Of a stretch of DNA of 64,000 nt, positions 59,190-64,000 are shown one piece after another. The notes under the pieces were generated by a model that was not told where the DNA came from, made no database searches, and worked only from the letters and a program-made list of their open reading frames with translations. Every line of letters starts with the position of its first letter. The first letter of the stretch is position 1. Origin of the DNA: an uncultured Eubacteriales bacterium (GTDB taxonomy: Bacteria > Acidobacteriota > Aminicenantia > Aminicenantales > Saccharicenantaceae); NCBI GenBank assembly GCA_964551995.1, contig CAZKFD010000011.1, positions 109,036-173,035 of the forward strand. Reading direction: 5' to 3'. Made by a program: the position numbers and the translations under genes.

Positions 59190-60584
59190 ATGAACGACAC
59201 AAAAACGACCGAACCCGAAGGAAAGACGTTCACCCGGCGCAAATTCCTGAGCGCCTCGGCTGCCGCGGCGGCCGGCGTGATGGTGCTTCCCCGGCACGTT
59301 GTCGGGGCGACGCCGAACCGGAAGGCGCCGAGCGACACCTTGAACATCGCCTGCGTCGGCGTCGGCGGCATGGGATTCTCCGACACGCGGGGCGTCAAAT
59401 CGGAGAACATCGTCGCCCTCTGCGATGTCGATGAAGAAATGATCGCCAATCTGCTCCACGCTGATGACCTCGACGACAAGGAGAAGGTCATGTACGCGAA
59501 GGCGGCGAAGTACCAGGACTGGCGCCGCCTTCTGGATAAAGAGAAGGGTATCGACGCTCTGACCGTGACGGTGCCCGACCACAACCACGCGATCATCGCC
59601 ATGGCCGCCGTCAAGCTGGGCAAGAACGTCTATGTTCAGAAGCCCCTGACCGAAACGGTCAAAGAGGCCAGGATGCTGGCCAAGGCGGCCAAGGAGGCGA
59701 ACGTCGTCACCCAGATGGGCAATCAGGGTCACTCCAAGGAAGGCGCCCGCCTGATCTGCGAGTGGATCTGGGCCGGGGCCATCGGCAACGTCTATGAGGT
59801 CCACAACTGGACGAACCGCCCCATTTGGCCGCAGGGGATACTCGACGCCCCCAAGGAGATCCCGTCCGTTCCCTCGACGCTCGATTGGGATGTCTGGATC
59901 GGGCCGTCGCCGTTCCGGCCCTACCATCCCGCTTATCACCCCTTCAAGTGGCGGGGCTACTGGGACTATGGGACCGGGGCGATGGGAGACATGGGCGCCC
60001 ACATCCTGGACCAGCCCTTCTGGGCGCTGAAGCTCGGCTCGCCGACGAGCGTCCAGGCCAGCTCGACGCCGTTCACCAAGGACTGCTATCCGAATGCCGA
60101 GGTCGTCACTTACGAATTCCCCGCCCGCGGCAACATGGGGCCGGTCAAGATGATGTGGTGGGACGGCGGACTGACTCCGCCCCGGCCGCCGGAGCTCGAG
60201 GACGGGCGGATGCTGGGTGATGAGAACGGCGGCTCCCTCTTCATCGGCGACAAGGGCGTCCTGATGTGCAGCTGCTACGGCGAGGACCCGCGCCTCCTGC
60301 CCGAATCGCGGATGAAGGACTTCATGAGGCCCCCGAAGACCGTTCCGCGTTCGCCCGGCATCCGCGAGGAATGGATCGAGGCCATCAAGAAGGGCACGAA
60401 GTCGACGACGGACTTTTCATACTCGGGCCCGCTCACCGAAACCATGCTCCTGGCCAACATCGCCGTCCGGATGAAGGACAAGAACGTGAAACTCCTCTGG
60501 GACGGAGAGAAGATGGAGTTCACGAACCTGCCGGAGGCCAATCAGTACCTCCACTATGAGTACCGGCCCGGCTGGAGCCTGTGA
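59190..60584 (+). CDS. Gfo/Idh/MocA-family oxidoreductase with twin-arginine (Tat) signal
   Basis: Tat motif TRRKFLSASAAAAAGVMVLP. The Rossmann stretch LNIACVGVGGMG. RBS aaggatgg. An alternative start at 59181 is possible. Confidence 0.8.
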   Translation: MNDTKTTEPEGKTFTRRKFLSASAAAAAGVMVLPRHVVGATPNRKAPSDTLNIACVGVGGMGFSDTRGVKSENIVALCDVDEEMIANLLHADDLDDKEKVMYAKAAKYQDWRRLLDKEKGIDALTVTVPDHNHAIIAMAAVKLGKNVYVQKPLTETVKEARMLAKAAKEANVVTQMGNQGHSKEGARLICEWIWAGAIGNVYEVHNWTNRPIWPQGILDAPKEIPSVPSTLDWDVWIGPSPFRPYHPAYHPFKWRGYWDYGTGAMGDMGAHILDQPFWALKLGSPTSVQASSTPFTKDCYPNAEVVTYEFPARGNMGPVKMMWWDGGLTPPRPPELEDGRMLGDENGGSLFIGDKGVLMCSCYGEDPRLLPESRMKDFMRPPKTVPRSPGIREEWIEAIKKGTKSTTDFSYSGPLTETMLLANIAVRMKDKNVKLLWDGEKMEFTNLPEANQYLHYEYRPGWSL

Positions 60585-60645
60585 TTTGCGCAAAGAGGGA
60601 CAGTGCCCTCCGCAAGCAGTCCCTTGTCGGTGATGAGGTGATGTC

Positions 60646-61410
60646 ATGAAAAAATCTCTCGTGTTTCCGGCGATCGTCGGGATTCTTTTCTTTGCCGCCG
60701 CGGCCCTCTGCTTGACAGGGACGGTCGAGAACGAGTGGCAGATCCACGACATGAATCGGCCCATGGCCCCGGTCGTGACGCCCGGCCCTCCCGGCCCGCC
60801 CGTTCCTCCCCCGTCCGACGCCGTCGTCCTGTTCAACGGCAAGAACCTCGACGGCTGGACCGATGCCAAAGGCCAGCCGGCCGGGTGGAAAGTCGAGGAC
60901 GGGTATATGGAGGTCGTCAAGGGCACCGGATCGATCCAGACTGTCAAGGGCTTCGGCGACTGCCAGCTCCATGTCGAGTGGATGGCCCCCTTTCCGGCCA
61001 CGGGCGAGGGGCAGGACCGCGGCAACAGCGGCGTCTTCCTCATGGGACTTTATGAGGTCCAGGTCCTCGATAGCTACAACAGCCGGACCTACGCCGATGG
61101 ACAGGCTGCCGCTATCTACGGCCAGTATCCGCCGCTCGTCAACGCCTGCCGTCCGCCGGGGGAGTGGCAGACTTACGATATCGTTTTCCACAGGCCCCGG
61201 TTCGGACAGAACGGGGAGCTCCTGTGCCCGGCCCGGATGACCGTGTTCCATAACGGCCTGCTGGTTCATGAATGCGCCCAGTTGACGGGCCCGACCGCCC
61301 ACAGGGCCCGGCCCCCTTACACGATGACCCCCGACAGGCTCCCGGTCGCCCTCCAGGACCACGGGAATCCCGTCCGTTTCCGGGACATCTGGATCCGCAG
61401 CCTGGAATGA
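60646..61410 (+). CDS. DUF1080-domain protein (3-keto-glycoside hydrolase-like jelly-roll)
   Basis: Signal peptide MKKSLVFPAIVGILFFAAAALC. VVLFNGKNLDGWTDAKGQPAGWKVEDGYMEV and the C-terminal LQDHGNPVRFRDIWIRSLE are DUF1080 hallmarks. Confidence 0.8.
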   Translation: MKKSLVFPAIVGILFFAAAALCLTGTVENEWQIHDMNRPMAPVVTPGPPGPPVPPPSDAVVLFNGKNLDGWTDAKGQPAGWKVEDGYMEVVKGTGSIQTVKGFGDCQLHVEWMAPFPATGEGQDRGNSGVFLMGLYEVQVLDSYNSRTYADGQAAAIYGQYPPLVNACRPPGEWQTYDIVFHRPRFGQNGELLCPARMTVFHNGLLVHECAQLTGPTAHRARPPYTMTPDRLPVALQDHGNPVRFRDIWIRSLE

Positions 61411-61788
61411 GTCCGGCCGTCGGCCGCCCTGACCGTCGCCGCGCCGCCGCAGAAAAAGCAGAAATCCGCCTTTTTCGTCTGGGGCGGACGGGAGAGCCAC
61501 GAACCCGAGAAGTGCGTGGACATTTTCGTTCCCTGGCTCGAATCCCGCGGCTTCAGGGTGGAGATTTCCCACAGCCTCGACGCCTATCTCGACACGGCGA
61601 AGCTCAAATCGCTCGATCTCATCGTCCAGGTCTGGACCCAGGGCGCGATCACGCCCGCGCAGAAGAAGGGCCTCCTCGAGGCCGTCATGTCCGGCGTCGG
61701 GCTGGCCGGCTGGCACGGTGGGCCGCGCCATCGAGTAGCCGGGACTCCCGTCCGGGGGACGGCGGCTCCCGGCTCAATTTTCCTTTGA
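61411..61788 (+). pseudogene. ThuA-like (glucoside 3-dehydrogenase GATase-like subunit) N-terminal remnant with no start codon, truncated after the GWHGG motif
   Basis: The frame directly after the DUF1080 TGA reads KKQKSAFFVWGGRESHEPEKCVDIFVPWLESRGFRVEISHSLDAYLDTAKLKSLDLIVQVWTQGAITPAQKKGLLEAVMSGVGLAGWHGG. This is collinear with the ThuA N-terminus, then diverges and stops. The C-terminal two-thirds are absent. Confidence 0.55.
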
Positions 61789-61836
61789 CCTGGCCCGCCG
61801 CCGTCTATTACAATGGGCGGCGAAAGGACTCGGAAA

Positions 61837-63051
61837 ATGGGCGATGGGACAGCCGCTGAGAACCGCGAGGGCGCCCGACCCCGGCCGCTCACGCTCTCGT
61901 TCCGCCCGCCGCTCGAGCGGGCCTTCATGGACGACTATGCGCGGAAGTCGCTGTGGCAGGTGCGCTTCGCGGTCATCGTCACGGCCCTCTTCTACTGCGG
62001 GTTCATGGCCCTCGACGCGGCCGTCGCCGCCGAGGCGATGAAAGCCCTCCTGACGATCCGGTTCGCGATCTTCCTCCCGGCCAGCGTCATCCTCTTCCTG
62101 CTGAGCTACTGGCCTCTCTTCGGCCGGATCTGGCAGGGAGCGCTCGCCCTGTGGAGCCTCGTCGCGGGCGTAGGGATCGTGGCCATGATCGGCCTGGGGC
62201 GGGGCGAGGTCCAGAATTCGTATTACGTGGGCCTGATCATGATCTTCATCGTCCTCTACACGTGGACCCGCGTCCGGTTCGTCTGGGCCACGCTCACCGG
62301 CCTGCTGATCGTAGCCGCGTACGAGGTGCTCACGCTCAGCGTCCTTCGCGTTCCGCCGCAGGTCACGCTGGCCCACAACTTCTTTTTCCTCGGATCGAAC
62401 GTCCTGGGCATGTTCGCCTGCTACTCGATCGAACGCTACGCCCGGAGGGAGTTCGTCATGGCCCGGCTCCTCCGCGAGGAGCAGGACAAGGTGCAGCGCG
62501 CGAACCAGGAGCTCGCCGAGAAGAACGAGGAGCTGCGCGGCCTGGCCGAGGTCGACGACCTCACCGGGATCCCCCATCGGCGGATGTTTGACCAGGAGAT
62601 GAAACGGGCCTGGCGCCGCATGCTGCGGACGAGCCGCCCTCTGACCGTCCTTCTCTGCGACGTGGACTGCTTCAAGGCCTTTAACGACACCTACGGCCAC
62701 CAGGCGGGCGATGAGTGCCTCGTCAAGGTCGCCCGCGCAGTTGCCGGGTCGGCCCGCCGGCCGGGGGACTACGCGGCCCGCTACGGCGGCGAGGAGTTCG
62801 CGGTCATCCTGCAGGACACGAGCCTCGAGGGGGCCCAGCATGTCGCCGAAAGGATCTGTCTGGCCGTCCGGATCCTGGCCGTCCCCCACGCCGGGTCCGC
62901 CGTTTCGAAGCACGTGACGATCAGCGTCGGGGCCGCCACCATTCAGCCGACTCACGAACAAGAGCCGGAGGCCGTCGTCCGGAAGGCGGACGAGTGCCTC
63001 TATCAGGCCAAGGGGGAGGGACGGGACCGGGCCGTCGTGGCCCGCGTCTGA
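61837..63051 (+). CDS. Membrane-anchored diguanylate cyclase (GGDEF domain)
   Basis: About six TM helices, then a coiled-coil, then GGDEF: DDLTGIPHRRMFD, RYGGEEFAVIL and the I-site-like RKAD. RBS aagga before the second ATG. Confidence 0.8.
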   Translation: MGDGTAAENREGARPRPLTLSFRPPLERAFMDDYARKSLWQVRFAVIVTALFYCGFMALDAAVAAEAMKALLTIRFAIFLPASVILFLLSYWPLFGRIWQGALALWSLVAGVGIVAMIGLGRGEVQNSYYVGLIMIFIVLYTWTRVRFVWATLTGLLIVAAYEVLTLSVLRVPPQVTLAHNFFFLGSNVLGMFACYSIERYARREFVMARLLREEQDKVQRANQELAEKNEELRGLAEVDDLTGIPHRRMFDQEMKRAWRRMLRTSRPLTVLLCDVDCFKAFNDTYGHQAGDECLVKVARAVAGSARRPGDYAARYGGEEFAVILQDTSLEGAQHVAERICLAVRILAVPHAGSAVSKHVTISVGAATIQPTHEQEPEAVVRKADECLYQAKGEGRDRAVVARV

Positions 63052-63125
63052 AGCGCGCCGGCCGGGCCGGATTCGCGGCTCTGTCCCGCCGCCGGGCCTC
63101 GCCGGGGGGCGGGAGTGAACGCCGG

Positions 63126-63827
63126 ATGAGAATCAAAGTCCTGGGCACGCGCGGGGAGATCGACAGAAGCGCTCCCCGGCATGCGCGGCACTCGGGCCTG
63201 CTCGTCGACGGGCAGCTGCTCTTCGACCTCGGGGAAAGAGAATTCCTGGACGCGAAACCGCGCCGCGTCTTCATCACCCATCTCCACCCGGACCACGCCT
63301 TCTTCGTCAGGGAGCCCGCTCCGCTCGCGGTGCCCGTCTACGCCCCGGAGGCCTTGGCCGGGGTTCCCGAAGTCAGGGTCTTCCCCGGCCGGATGAACTA
63401 CCGGGGCTACTTGATCCGCGCCGTCCCCACCGACCACAGCCTGAAAGTGAAGTCCACGGCCTACCTCGTGGACAGGGGCGGGCGGCGGCTGCTCTGTACG
63501 GGCGACATGTTCTGGATCAACAAAGAGCACCGCTCGCTCCTCGACAGGATCGACCTCGTCGTGACCGAGGCCAGCTTCCTCATCCGCGGCGGGAGGATCC
63601 GGAGGGACCGCGCCACGGGGCGGGCTTTCGGCCACGCGGGCGTTCCGAACCTGATCGAGCTGTTCCGGGGATGCGCCAGGAATATCCTGTTCGTCCACTT
63701 CGGCTCGTGGTTTTACGGCGCCGCGGCGAAGTCGCGGCGGACGCTCGAGGCCCTGGGGCGGAAAAGCGGCGTCAACGTCCTGGCTGGATACGACGGCTAC
63801 GAGCTGGATCTCGACGACCTGACATAA
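63126..63827 (+). CDS. MBL-fold metallo-hydrolase
   Basis: MRIKVLGTRG and the metallo-beta-lactamase His motif ITHLHPDHA. Start taken at the internal ATG of the tool ORF. Confidence 0.65.
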   Translation: MRIKVLGTRGEIDRSAPRHARHSGLLVDGQLLFDLGEREFLDAKPRRVFITHLHPDHAFFVREPAPLAVPVYAPEALAGVPEVRVFPGRMNYRGYLIRAVPTDHSLKVKSTAYLVDRGGRRLLCTGDMFWINKEHRSLLDRIDLVVTEASFLIRGGRIRRDRATGRAFGHAGVPNLIELFRGCARNILFVHFGSWFYGAAAKSRRTLEALGRKSGVNVLAGYDGYELDLDDLT

Positions 63828-64000
63828 GCGTCCCACAGGTCCGGCCGCACGAAGAGCGCGAGGACGACTTCCGGACGAAGCCCGTAGAAGGCCTCCTCAT
63901 AGCCTTTCCCGAGGATTCGCCCGGCTTCTTCGGCGAAGGATCCTGAGACGATGACGATCGGCGCCACGTCGAGTTTCGGCGCCCGGCGCATGTCCGTCCA

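Noticed and set aside
63797-63991. 64-aa minus-strand ORF (MRRAPKLDVAPIVIVSG...) overlapping the 3' end of the MBL-fold gene.
   Set aside because: No recognisable family or RBS, and it overlaps a better-supported gene. It could be real but there is insufficient evidence.

Overview
This is a 64 kb, high-GC (about 65%) chromosomal segment from a Gram-negative-type bacterium. The lineage is a guess only. LPS-transport genes (lptB, a fused lptF-lptG), an ECF sigma/anti-sigma pair, and GWxTD and DUF1080 proteins suggest something Acidobacteriota-like. The window is dominated by housekeeping operons. purC-PHP-cvpA-fis-like sits upstream of groES-groEL, whose promoter region carries two CIRCE elements. 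The pyrK-pyrD-pyrF operon and ppdK are present. ddl-ruvX-mltG, hflX-miaA and accB-accC are on the minus strand. ffh is followed by rpsP-KH-rimM-trmD-rplS-rnhB. lipA, rpsU, suhB and pgsA are also present. Three tRNAs were found: Val-CAC, Gly-GCC and Cys-GCA. I found no CRISPR array, integrase, transposase or phage genes, so this looks like core genome rather than a mobile island. Items I think deserve a second look are listed here. (1) A tandem EndoQ-like PHP/Zn-finger endonuclease plus a DUF151 bifunctional-nuclease gene. (2) A periplasmic Gfo/Idh/MocA oxidoreductase plus DUF1080 module, followed in the same frame by a truncated ThuA-like remnant separated only by a TGA codon. (3) A HlyD-ABC ATPase-Yip1 operon with no FtsX-type permease. 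(4) A natural LptF-LptG fusion. (5) Dual CIRCE operators, one doubling as the terminator of an upstream Fis-like gene. (6) A cluster of secreted GWxTD, TPR and hypothetical proteins. (7) A degraded histidine-kinase remnant next to a superoxide reductase gene that has palindromes and direct repeats upstream. (8) An apparent homopolymer frameshift at the lipA start. Caveats follow. Many long ORFs in the six-frame track are antisense artefacts of high GC and were ignored. In a few places the printed sequence lines appear shifted by 1 nt relative to the ORF-track coordinates. CDS coordinates therefore follow the ORF track, and coordinates I derived from the text may be off by 1 nt. All functional calls rest on motif and family recognition by eye, not on database searches.
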